A stretch of 34,746 bases of DNA from Fonticula alba ATCC 38817 (Eukaryota; Protista; Nucleariida), in the NCBI GenBank assembly GCA_000388065.2, contig KB932205.1; one strand, 5' to 3'. Numbering within the stretch: position 1 is the first letter of the stretch; each line of letters starts with the position of its first letter. Positions 11,826-23,618 of the stretch are shown piece after piece. The notes beneath the pieces are model-generated. The model searched no databases and was not told the origin of the DNA. It saw only the letters and a program-made list of their open reading frames with translations. A program made the position numbers and the translations under genes.

Positions 11826-12314
11826 TGGCAACGTGGCCGTGTGCGGTATGCTTTTGCGGTCCCTGTGCTGTGGCGGGAGCCGGGTCGCGTTTGCGCGCGT
11901 CTACGCGCTGCCTGACAGTTCACCGGGCAGCCACAGGGGGCGCAGGCGTGGCGACCTTCGAAAGCGGGGGCGGCCCCTGCTTGGCGGAGGCGCCGGATCC
12001 TCCTGCCCCTTCTCCACATATGTGGAGTGTCGGCCCTGCCCCTCTCCTTGTTGCCAGATCGCAGCCACCTAGTCCCCTTTTCCGCTACCTGCCTTTTTCT
12101 CCCCCCCTCCATCGCTCCTTTCCCCCCATCCTTCACACGTTGGGCACTCTTCGGGGGTGCCTTGCTATTGCCCTTCGCCTTCCTATCTCCCTCTCCCCCT
12201 CCCCTTGTGCATAGCAGCGACAATATATTTATGTATCAGCCACATGTTGAGCCTGAGATCTGGCCGGGGTCACACGGTGCGTCCCCAGGGATACATCCCG
12301 CAAGAAGGGGAAGA

Positions 12315-12316
<2 letters not shown>

Positions 12317-12386
<70 letters not shown>
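12317..12386. repeat. (GA)n microsatellite, about 35 units
   Basis: Seen directly. Confidence 0.98.
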
Positions 12387-12387
<1 letters not shown>

Positions 12388-12822
12388 GCCTAGGAACATG
12401 CCCACGCGGACGCTGTTCGCGGATCAGACGCCCAGCAGTGCCTATTTGTGCCCAAGCGCGCCTGGCAATGTTTCAGATCGGCGGGGTTCGTTGGCATCAT
12501 GGGGCCGACTCTTCGGCACGCGCCCTCGGGAGGCGGGCCCAGGAGTGTGTGCCGCCCGCTCAGGCACGCATCCGCCATAACGCGCGACAGATCGCCTGGC
12601 CTCTGGCCAGCCCGCAGAGCGAGGGCGGCCCTCTTTTGGTCTTGGGGCAGCGCCCTGGCACGCCCACCCGCGGTCCCCCACACCGCCACACCATCGTCAC
12701 CACCCTCTATCTATCTGTTCCTCCATCCTTCTCTCTGCCTCTTTCCATCTGCAGCTTGCCTTCCAATCGTACCCCCCCCCCTTCCCCCTTTCTCCCTCTC
12801 CCTCTGCTCCCTCTCCCGCAGT

Positions 12823-13717
12823 ATGCGCCACCCCGCCGGCGTCATCGTGGTGGCTGGGGTCACCGGCGTCGGGAAGTCCAAGCTGGCGATCGACCTTGCT
12901 CGGCATCTCCACCCGTCGCCTCCATCCGGCACACCAGAGCCGCACGTCGAGGATCTGGCCCTCACGCGGCTCCCGGCTCCGGGGCTTGGGACGGCGGCGC
13001 CGCTGTCTGGTCTTAGTGGCTTTGTCGAATCGGACCCCCGGCCGAGTGTCATCAACGCCGACTCGCTACAGGTGTATGGCTCTTTGCCGGTGGCCACGAA
13101 CCACGTTACGGTGGCCGAGGCCCAAGGCGTGCGACACTACTTGCTGGGATCATGCGACCGGCCAGACACCGAAGGCGAGCCTGCCGGCTCGGGGACCGTG
13201 GCACTGCCTCCGGAGTGCTGGGCCGGCCGGTGCCCGCTCGCTGACGAGTACAGTGTGCTACGCTTTCGCGATGAGGCCGACCAGCTTGTGCGTTCGACCG
13301 GCCCCTTTGCTGTGCCCCTGCCGGGACCAGGCTCACGACCTCTTCCCTTGTTGCTTCTTCTTTTTTTTTTCCGGTCCCTCTAACCCTGCGCCTTCCTTGC
13401 GTCCCCTTTACCGGGGGCGGGGCGGGGGGGGGCTTCATCCCCCGGGGCGCTGCAGATTGCCGCACACCGGGCGCACGGCCGTACGCCGATCATTGCCGGC
13501 GGAACGCACTACTACATCCAGTCACTGCTCTTTCCCTGCCTGTTTTTGGACAGCCAGCCCAATGCGGATGGCGTGCCGGAGGAAGTTCTTCAGGAACTTG
13601 CCGAGCTGCGAAGTGCGTGAGTGGCCTGCTCTCAACTCCGTCCCCTCCCCTCCCCCACTCGCTCCTAACACCACCGCCATGCACGCACGCGCATTCATGC
13701 CTCCTAACCCCCGTCCT

Positions 13718-13750
<33 letters not shown>

Positions 13751-15067
13751 CCCCCCCCCCCCCCCCCCCTGCCCCGCTTTCGGCGACCGCGCGCGGGGTC
13801 TGGTGCCCCCGCCGCCCCCCCCCAACCCCTCCCCCCCGCCCTGTGGGCCCCCCTTCCCCCCCCCCCCCCCCCCCGCGGGGCCCCCCCCCCCCCCCTCCAT
13901 CCGTGGCCCCCCCCTCCCTTTCCCCCTCCCCCCCTTTCCCCCCCCCCCCGGGGGGGGGGGGGGGGGGATCTGCCCTGCTGGTTGGCAGCGGCTTTGCAGG
14001 CGCTCCTCGCAGATGAGCCCGCTAACAGCACCGTGGTGGCGGACCGCCGTAGCGCGGGCTTCTGGCCGAGGTGCGGGCCCTGCGAGCGCGGCATTTGGCT
14101 TCGCCAGCCATCGAGCCGGGGGATTTCTCTCGCGGCGTGCTGCAGGCCATCGGGTACAAGGAGTTCCGCGAGTGGTTCCAATGGCGAGAGGCGGACGGTG
14201 CCAGCACGGCTCCTTCGGATGAGGCCGTCCTTCTGCAGGAGGCAGTCGATCGGACCAAGACCGCCACCCGGGCATACATCCGGGCCCAGCTCCAATGGAT
14301 CCGCAAGCGCTTGATCCCGCAGGCCGGGTACCGCCTTGACGGGGGGCCCGCATCCGTGGAATCACCCCGGTGCCTGGTCTGGCCACTGGACGTGTCTCCG
14401 GTGCTGCGCGGCGATCGGAGCTGGGATGATGCGGTGCTGGCCGAGGCGCTGGCAGTATCGCGCGGTGCGTCAATCCCCCCTCCTTGCCCTCCTGTCGCCG
14501 CCGCCGCCGCCACCACCGCCGCTGCTCGCCCTGCCCCGATGCACCTGGTATGCTGGTGGTGGCAGCCCCCCGAGAGGGGGCCCATTGGGGGTGCTTGCCC
14601 TTTTGACTGACACGCTCACGTGGTGGTACCGGTCGCCTTGCGCAGCCTTCCTCGGTGGTGTGGAGGCTCCCTGCTCCGTGTCTGCCGCCACCGACGGCTC
14701 GGCCCCTGTGGAGGATGAGGTCAACCTTGCCCGGCCACTGCCCGGGTGGTTTATCAGCCTGCTGAATGGTGTGGCCCGACCGGGGAAGCGCCGGCGCGAT
14801 GACTCCTCCACCCTTGCACGGGCAGACGCTCCCATGTTGGACCGGGTCCTGGTCCCGCCGGGCGAGTGGCGGAAGTTTGTTTGTGCCACCTGCTCCGGCC
14901 GCGTGCTCAATGGCCCGCACGAGTGGCAGGTCCATCTGCAATCGCGATCGCACAAGCGCCTGGCCAGCCGGGCCCGGCGCACGGAGGCACGTGCGGCCAG
15001 CCGCCCCGCTGTGGCCGACAGCCCGGAGCCACACCCGGCCCCGGCCCCGGATGATTCGCCTGTCTGA
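12823..15067 (+). CDS. TRIT1: tRNA dimethylallyltransferase (tRNA isopentenyltransferase, TRIT1/Mod5 type); exons 12823-13287, 13456-13612, [unresolved 13613-about 14060]-14464, 14646-15067
   Basis: P-loop GVTGVGKS, INADSLQVY, TPIIAGGTHYYIQSLL, GVLQAIGYKEF, KTATRAYIRAQLQWI and the C-terminal zinc finger CATC...EWQVHLQSRSH. The central region is a homopolymer mosaic with an apparent frameshift near 14057. Confidence 0.9.
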
Positions 15068-16308
15068 TGGGTCCCTCATGCCTCCCCCGTCTTCTTTCCA
15101 CTTGGCTGCCCCTCTCGTGAGCTCCATGCGTGTCTGTAGTCTGCCCGCCCTCCTCCTTTCTGGAGACGTACACACACACACACACACACACACAAACCCA
15201 TGTGCCGGTGCACATCCATAGACATTGCCACACTGAGCGCAGGTACTCGTCAGAGGCCCTGGCCCGGACGCCGCCATCAAGGCGCATGTGCCACATGCGC
15301 CGGACGAGCTTTGGTCCCGGCTACAGGGCGGAGGCGCGGGAAAAGAGGGGCCAACAAGGTGCAGGGAGAAGAGACACACGGAGGAGAAGGGGAGAGAACT
15401 GATTTTTGTGTATATTTTTGCTGTGACCAGCGGCAAGAGGGGGTAGGGGGGAGGGGTAGGGGAAAGGAAGAAAAGGAGAAAGAGGCGCCGGGGAGAGGAG
15501 TTGTCCGCGAGGGAGGAAAGAGGGCGCGCGAGATGGAGGCAGGTGCGAAGAGGAGGGGACCGCGCGTATACAATTCACAGTCACCACACACACACACACA
15601 CTCACACACACGGGGACGCACAGGCGGAGAAAGGGAGACAGAGAGAGAGAGAGAGAGGAAGAGGAGAAAGGGACATACGGACAGAGGGCTGTCCCGATTC
15701 CCTCGCGTGGGGTAATATCTATGCGCGGTGGTGCGTCGGTGAGCGGCCCCACCTCTGCCCCGTTCGCCAGAGAAGGCCGGGAGGAGAGAGGCCATGACGG
15801 GGGGGGGGGGGGGGGGGGGGCACACTTGTGCGCATGGCGGCAGGGCATACCCACACATACACACACACACACATGCATGTATGCAGATATGTGTAAAGGG
15901 AAACAAATATAAACGAACATGCACATGTGGCAGGGGACCGTGCGCAGGCATCACGCGAGGCGGACGCACACCCACCGGTGCACCCTCTCTACGCCATTGC
16001 TGTCTTTCGCCCAGTAAGAGCGGACGACGTCTGACACACTCCGACACACCTTCGCCCTCCTCGGGCTAGAGACACCGCCTGAGGGCAAAGTAAAAAGAGA
16101 TGGGGACGAGAAGCGGGACTGGGCGGCCACAGCGGCCAACACCGAGGGGAGGGAAGAGCACACGCCGCCCGGGCACAGAGCCAGCATGTGAGCAATCCCC
16201 GAGACATGTGTCGGCCGCTGGCGCCCGGCGCGTGCACGCGCCGAGGCCCCTCCTCACCAGTGCCGAGCGCCACCGGGGCGGCGGAGGGCCGCACGCGAAC
16301 ACACGCGT

Positions 16309-19300
16309 TTAGGCGCGCGTCAGCGACGAGGAGAGGGCCGACGAGGAGTCGGTGAAGGAGGACGAGAAGCGGGCGCCACCCGTGGCATCGGCATTGGCAA
16401 AGTGCTGCATGTAATGCTGGGGCTTGCGCGAGGCGGCGCTCTGGACCTGCTGCTGCTGGCCGCCACGGAAGCTGGACCGACGGCCGCCGGGGCCCACACC
16501 GTTCGAGGCATTGGCCAGGCGGAAGTCATCGAGGGTCTTGAAGTCGGCCAGGACCTTCTCCAGCTCCGGGGACAGGGTGATCGGGTTGGTGGCCTTGTCC
16601 GGGCGGTAGTGCAGGTAGGCCCAGAACTTCTCCAGGCCATAGAGATGGCCATTGTTGAAGTCAATCAGCGTCAGGTCCATGAAGTCACGGAAGATGTCGG
16701 CGCGGAAGCGCTTCTCCAGGCCGTAGCTGAAGAAGCGGAAGAGGCACTCCAGGCCATAGCGGTAGTCGGCCTCGGCATCCTCCAGGGCCAGGCGCTTGAA
16801 CTCGTTGTACATGCGGCGGTTGAAGTGGTCCCGCAGGAAGAGCGACCAGAAGCGCATCAGGGTGTTCATCTCCTGCGACAGGCCGGAGCCCAGGCGCTTG
16901 CGCTCGCGCAGGGCCTTCGACCGGTACTTGTAGTACTTCTGCTGGACGAAGTTGTTCTCGGTCACCGCGCCGATGGAGGGGCTCAGGTGCTCGGAGAAGG
17001 AACGCGACTCGAAGGAGGACGACAGCGACCCGAAGGAGGTGCCGTAGGAAGACCGCGAGGGAGAGGGAGTGGGCGAGGGAGCGCTGCCGACATCGACAGC
17101 CTCCTCCGGCGGGCAGGACTCCCGGCCGACCATCCAGCCGACGTGCTCCTCGCGCGGGGGCTGCGACGAGTGGGCGGTCTTCTGCTTGATCGGGTGCGAG
17201 GGCGGGGTGTCCTTGTTCTTGCGGACGGGGAAGAACCGGACCGACCGGCCGCCCAGGGTGGACGGCGGGGCGGCCGCGGCCGCGGCAGCGCGAGCACGCG
17301 CCTGGCCGATCTCGGTGCCGCGGTTGAAGGAGGTGGAGCGCTCGCGCCCGGCCAGATCACCACCCGGAGCCGGGGAGGTCCCGGTGCGCAGGCCGGCCGT
17401 CAGCAGGCTGCTAGTACGCGGCGAGGCGGCCACCCCGCCAGTGGCGATCGGCATCCCGCCAGCGGCATTGACATGCGCCCCGCTGAAGGACCCGGGCATG
17501 GTGAACCCGGTGGCCGGGGTCGACTGGGGGGTCGGCGTGGGGATGGCCACCTGAGGAACCGGGCGAGACTCGGTCCGGGGAAGGGAGGTCCCGGTGCGGG
17601 CGACGCCCTTCAGGGTCAGGAACTCGTCCTCATCGACAGTCTCAATCTTGTTGAGACCGCCGGGGCCGGCGGCGATGGAGGAGCGATTGCGGCTGCGAAG
17701 ATGCGCGTGTGTGACCAGCAGAGGAGCAAGTTAGTGGCGCGAATGGCCGTCACCATCATGTCGCCGCGAGGGGAGGTGGAGGGGGCGGGGGGGGGAGCAT
17801 GGGGGAATGGCGAGTCGACGCACCGAGAGCGGCGCTTCTGAGAGCGCTCATAGTCGTAAAGACCCTCGTTGATCTGGTCGGCGAGGTCGTCTGAATGACG
17901 GCCGGGTGGACGGGCGGGCCAGTGCAGGGAGTTAGGTCCAGGGGCTGGCGATGGGAACGGTGCGCGACAGGGAGACAGGGAGGAGAAGGACACATGCGTG
18001 TGCACATGATGCCAACAAGTAGGCCAAGAGGAAGAGGGAGGGGAAGGCGGGAGGGGCACACACCGTTGAAGGCCTTGCGCGAGTAGGGGACACCGGTGCG
18101 GTCGAAGCCCTCGTTGCGGCGGGCAGAGGCGCCGCTGCGCTGGGTCACCAGCACGAGCTTCGACACGAACTCGTCGTCAATGTCGGAGGGAGGGCTGCAA
18201 AGGGTGGAGGGACGGTTAGCCAGGTGTACACAGGTTCGGGGCCAGGGGCCAGAGGAGGGAAAGAGGGAAAGAGAGACGCACTCGCCATCGCTCTCCTCGT
18301 CGTCGGTCTGATAGAAGCGACGGCTGTTGGAGCGATCACGGACGTCCAGGTCGTCGAAGTCGAAGACCTCCTCATCGATGGAGTTGATGACGGGGGCACG
18401 GCCGGCATCGACCGAGGGGCGGCGGTGAGCGCGGGCAGAGTACGAGCGCCGGCGCGAGTTGACCGAGTGCCACTCGCCATCGTCATCGTCGTCGGAGGGC
18501 TACATGGGCCCCAGGGCAGATAGAGAGAGAGAGAGAGGGGGGGGGGAGGGAGTGTCAGGACAGAGGGAGAGAGGGAGAGAGAGAGAGAAAGAAGAGACGG
18601 AGCCAGGTGGCCGGCAAGTGGGGGGGGGGGAGGACGCACGAAGTACTGCTGGGGGTTCTACAGGCCGAGCAGGGGAGAAGAGGGGGAGGTCAGAAAGAGA
18701 AATTAAAAGAGGGGAGGGACCCCACGCAGGCGGGCTCGCCCGCTCTCTTGGACACGAGAAAAGGAGGCGAAACAAAGAAAGAACAAGCAGCAACAAGCAA
18801 CAGAGCCGCGCTCGGGAACGCACCCCGCTCGGGGTGACCAGGGTCCAGTTGAGCGAGTGGCGGAGCTTGCCATCGACCACCTGGAAGGAGGGGTTCGCCT
18901 TGACGGCGTCCTTGATGGCCTCGGCAGTGGCGTTGTGGGAGGCGATCGGACCGAAGTCCAGCAGCGTGTGGATGTCGATGAAGCCCTGGGCGTCGGTGAC
19001 GCCCTTGTCGCGGAGCTGGCGCAGGCTGTCCACGCTGAAGACCGAATCCAGACCCTGGGAGAGGCCAGAGGCCCCGGAGCCGGAGACGCTCAGCGCGTTG
19101 AAGCGGTTGGAGATGGGGACGGAGAACTCTGCATGGCGGGGTGCGCGCCGGAGCCGGGAGGTCAGACACAGGACGGCGAGGAGGGGGGAGGGGGGCGGGG
19201 GAGGGAGAAAAGTCAACAACAAAGAAGTCTGGGCAGGAGGGGAGGGGAAGAGGGCACCGGGGGGGGGGGGGGGGAGGCGCACTGTCGTTGTTCAGCTCAT

Positions 19301-19506
19301 CGTAGGGGACCCACTGGCCACGAGGGGCGGCGGAAGGGCGATCCTGCTGGAGATGGATGTCGATGTTAAGAGGCGAGCAGGGACAGATGCACGGACAGAG
19401 AGGCACACGCGCAGAAAAGTGGCAGGGGCAGCGAGAGGCGGGGGGAGAGGGCGGGCGAAGGAGCCGAAAGAAGGGAGGGGGCGTGCGGACAAACCTTGAA
19501 GGCCAT
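16309..19506 (-). CDS. LARP1: La-related protein 1 (La motif + PAM2-like motif + DM15), about 726 aa; exons 19506-19495, 19346-19283, 19128-18824, 18499-18282, 18194-18064, 17890-17824, 17692-16309
   Basis: Canonical DM15 region: [20 protein letters not shown]...[18 protein letters not shown]...[17 protein letters not shown]1 linker motifs: [25 protein letters not shown] and INEGLYDYE. All six introns are phase-compatible; total 2181 nt. There is a NAGNAG acceptor at 19346/19343. Confidence 0.95.
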
Positions 19507-20257
19507 GGCGGGAGGATTACGCCGTGAGAAGGCGAGGGAGAGGGAGAGAAGAGGGAGGGGAGGGGAGACCGGCGGTCTGGGACGTTGCGGAGGGCGCTGC
19601 ACAGGGGAGAGGGCGAAGAGAAGGGGGTTCCAGGAAGTGTGGAGAGGGGTGGGCCGACGCGCACAGGAGTGGCCTGCCGGTGTGCCTCCCGAAATAGACT
19701 CCCACTCTCGCCGCTGCCGCCGCCGCCGCCCCTGCCGCCGCCCCACCCACCCACCCACCCACCCGCCCGCCCGCCCGCCCCCACCCCGAGTTACGATTGG
19801 GGGAACAAATGCACGCCGACCGGGGGGTGGGGGACGGCGGCCGGGGGAGTGGCGTGCGCGACGGCCCCGCGCCAACGGCATGCCTGGGGCGGGGGGGAAC
19901 CTGCGAGGGCAACCCGGGCTCGCGGGTGCGCGTACACGCGCCCGCGGCTGGGGATCGGGGCGCCACATTGAGATTGGCGGGCGGCCAGGACTGACGCGCG
20001 ACCGGCCGGGAGGAAGAGGGTGCCGTGCTGTCTCCCCCCGGCTCGGGGGCGAGCGGGGCGTGGTGGGGGAGCAATGGCGACCGCGATCACCACTCGGACA
20101 GGGCCCTCGGTGTGGGTATGTGCTCGTGTGCAGAGCTGCTACCAGGGCGGGTGAGGGGGGGGGGGGGGGGGGGGGGCCGCGGCCCACGAGTCGCGCGGGA
20201 CGGCCGAACGTGCGCGTGGGAGACCCTCTCCACCAATGGCCCCGGTCAGCCGGTCAA

Positions 20258-20295
<38 letters not shown>

Positions 20296-20367
20296 GCTGG
20301 CTGGTCGCGGATCGCCAGGAAGCCTGCCTCCCAGCCGCCCGGCCCTGCCCTGCCCTGCCCTGCCCTG
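20258..20367. repeat. (CTGG)n (20258-20304) and (CCCTG)5 (20343-20367) microsatellites
   Basis: Seen directly. Confidence 0.95.
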
Positions 20368-21243
20368 CCCCATCCTCTCGTGCCCTCCCCTTCACCCGGA
20401 GCCGCGCCGGGCGCGAAAGTGCGTGCCCCAGAGGACCATTCTGCCTGGCCGCCGCCGCCGCCGCCGCCGCCACAGAGCCTGGGCCGTTGGTCCGCGCAGC
20501 AAGCAACAGAGCGTGAGTATTTGTAACGCCCGCTCTTGTTCGACCGCCCGCGCGCAGGGGGGCAACTCTTTTTTCCGACCGTTGTATCCGGCCACCACCT
20601 CCCCGGCGTCCCGGCCGTGGGCGGCGCACGCCAGCCAGGCCCCCGGCCGGTTGCCTGGGTGCTTGGGCGCCGGAGAGGCGGGGTGGGGGGCGCCCTGGCG
20701 CCGCGCCAGTCATCCCCCTCCTCCGCTCACCCCCCCCCCCCCCCCCCCCCACACCCGCGCGGTGATGTTGCAAAATGCCGGCAAGGGCAGGACCACCCGA
20801 TGGAGCTGGCACTGGGAGCGGCTCGCTCGGGGGCGCGATGCTGCTAGAAATCGCCAGAACCCCGCCCCCTTCTGTCGGCGGCCGCGCGAATATGCCGGCC
20901 TCCGGGTGCGGCAATTGTAGCCCGCACCCTCTGCGGGCCCTGCCGCGCGTCTTCGCCGAACGCGCGAAGAGAGGCCCCACAGAGGCGCGGATCATCTGCA
21001 TACCTGGGAACGTCCCCGCCGTCGTCCCATGCACTCCAGGGCATCGGGAGAGCGGACAAAAGCAGGGGACAACGCAGGTGGGGAAACCCGGACCGTCGCA
21101 ACGCCGCGACCCCTCCGCCCCCGCCCAGTGCCTCTGCCGTTTACCACCCCGCCCTGCCGCCGGCAGGTCGAGCAGCCCGTTGTTGTGCGGGTGTGTAGGC
21201 TCTCGGCCCAGGACGATGCCCGCCTCACCCACCCGTCCCACAC

Positions 21244-21353
21244 NNNNNNNNNNNNNNNNNNNNNNNNNNNNNNNNNNNNNNNNNNNNNNNNNNNNNNNNN
21301 NNNNNNNNNNNNNNNNNNNNNNNNNNNNNNNNNNNNNNNNNNNNNNNNNNNNN
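21244..21353. other. Assembly gap
   Basis: 110 N. Confidence 1.
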
Positions 21354-22037
21354 CCCGCCCCGACCCTTGGCGGCACCTGCCCTCAGCGAGAAGGCCCGAT
21401 CCACCGCAGTGATCCCCCCGCGTATCAGGCACCCGCCCGCCCCTTGAGCTCTCCGGGGGGGGCGGGCGGGGGGGGGGGCAGGCACACACGCGGCGAGGGG
21501 GGTCCGCGTTGCCACCGCGGGGCCGGGGGTTTCTCCCTGCCCCCGGGGCGGCTCTTGGCGGAGCGCGGACCCTCAAGAGGGGACGTTCTGATGGAGCGCG
21601 CTCCAGGCGTGATATCGGGACGAGATCGCGTGTGCCTCGGGGGCGAATGTACTTCCCACGGTCCGGGGCCGGCCTCGGTGGCACGCATCCGGACGGCCCC
21701 CCATTAATGGGCAGGCGCGACGCGGCGGCCCCGGCTCCGGGCCGAGAGACGGGGACGGCAGGCAAGCGGCTGTTGGAGGGCCAGGAAAAAAAAAAAGGTA
21801 CTAGCCCGAATTCCTGCATGGGTCCCGGAAGCCGGGGGAGAAAAAGCAGCAACAGCAGCAGGCGTCCCTGCGAGTCTATTCCGACACACATACAAGTGCA
21901 TGTGCGCGGCAAAATGTGCCGGGCCTCTAGAGGGGGCGGTATGCGCATGGACATGCGTGTGTGCATCATACGTGTGCGTGTTTGTGTGTTTGTGGGTGTG
22001 TGTGCGCGCGCGCGCGCTTTTGTGCATGAAAACACAT

Positions 22038-23335
22038 TCAGGCACCTGGTGGTGGCGGCGCCGGTGGCGACGACGATGGCAAGGAAGGGGCGGAAGGTGC
22101 GGACGATGCGTTGTTGGCTAGCCCGGGCAGCGGCGGGGCAGGGGTATATTCCCCGGGCGGAGCGACGGTCCAGCTGCCATCGGGGCCGCCGGGGGAGCCG
22201 TTTGCCGCCGGCCCGGAAGCCGCCTCAGAGGGCGCTTCAGCCGGCGATGACAGGCTCAGGACTTCGGAGGCACTGCGAACCACCTCCTCGGCGTCGGCCA
22301 GCAAATCGCGCGGCATGTCCGGCCGCCGGAAAGGCCACACCCGTCGCCACCAGACTGGCCTGGCCTGCTCATCGGAAAGGGCAAACTCTGCAACCAGGGA
22401 CACACGGCCGGCGTCAGATGGCGATCAGGCTCACGACGTGGCGATGAAGGAGGCCCAGCGAGAGGAAGAGCAGGGGGGGGATGGGAAGGATGGGGGAAGC
22501 CAGCGCACCGGCAAAGTTGGAGTCTCGGCCATAGGGCTGCAGGTCGACCGTATTGCCATGCTGCACGCTGCCGTGGATGCGTTTCTCCAGCAGGCGGATT
22601 TTGTGGTGTGCCGCATCCAGGTCCGCCTGTGCGACGCTCATGTCTGACAGGAGCTTCAGGATGAGTTGGCTTTGCTGCTCCTCGAGCACCGCCCGGGCGG
22701 CATCCTTCACGCGAGATCTAGGTCCGAGGCAGGAGAGCGGTGGTCGGGGTCAGGCGAGGCATCGCCACGAGGGAGGAGGGGGGAGGGGGGGGGCTTCGAG
22801 AAGCCCGAGGGCCAGCCACACGGCGGGAGGCACACGCGCACCTGGACCACTCGATGTACACGATGCCGGCTGCCACGGAGGTCAGCAGCAACTCGCCCAT
22901 GATTTCGGTGGCCAGAGACAGGGCCTTTTCAATGTCCACCGACTGGGGAGCCGAGCGTGAGGCGGGCTAGGGCTCCCCGGCACCCGTCGAGGGGGACGAA
23001 GCAGTCGAGGGGAGGCAAGAGGCGAGGGGGGAATTAGGCTCCGGTGCATGGATGGCTCCATGTGGGCGGACGATCGCGCAAGAAGAGCGCGGGCCCTTGG
23101 GAGTGTGGCTTGCGTGGGCTGTGGCGGGAAGGAGGGGCGGGGGGCGCACCAGTCCAAGGATCCGCCGTCGGGCATTGATCTCGGCTGTTTGGAACCAGTG
23201 TGCGGCCTTGGTGACGCCGGAGACGAACCACGGACTGTTTCGGAGCTGGGCTTGGATTTTCTTCGATATCGGCTTCGAGATGGACCGTATAAGCAACGCC
23301 CCGAATTTGAAGAGTGGAAAAGCGGGCAGGACCAT
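22038..23335 (-). CDS. OPA3: OPA3-family mitochondrial protein, about 289 aa; exons 23335-23150, 22966-22842, 22717-22509, 22387-22038
   Basis: The N-terminus MVLPAFPLFKFGALLIRSISKPISKKI...AHWF...LGL, then EKALSLATEIMGELLL...IEWSR and a coiled coil, match the OPA3 family pattern. Introns are phase-compatible; total 870 nt. The exon 2 acceptor could instead be the downstream in-frame CAG. Confidence 0.88.
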
Positions 23336-23618
23336 GGCCGGCAGAGAAGGAGCACCGGAGGGCGTCGTGAAATGTGTGTGTGTGTGTGTGTGTCGACAGT
23401 AGAGATGCAGCAGGGCGGAGGGGGAGGGTGTCTGCGGGACGCGAGACGGCGAGCCAGCCCGTGGACGCCTGAAATATGCCCAATCTAGATCCCGGGCAAG
23501 GCCACGGCCGAGGGAAGAGGCAGGTGGGCCACGGCCCCTGCCCTGCCTTCTGGCGACGATCTCGCCGGCCCGCGGTCGGCCGTTCCAGCCCCCCCCCCCC
23601 CCCCCCCCCCCCCCCCCC

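Noticed and set aside
14040-14075. IPT as a pseudogene or a programmed frameshift
   Set aside because: All flanking motifs are intact, there is no slippery heptamer, and the site is next to visibly corrupted homopolymer sequence. Sequencing error is more likely.
16402-17841. 479-aa plus-strand ORF antisense to LARP1
   Set aside because: Shadow ORF produced by the C-ending codon bias of the real gene; no motif of its own.
20513-20557. Possible 45-nt plus-strand intron (GTGAGT...CGCAG) implying a gene divergent from LARP1
   Set aside because: No convincing start codon or recognisable peptide in the flanking frames.
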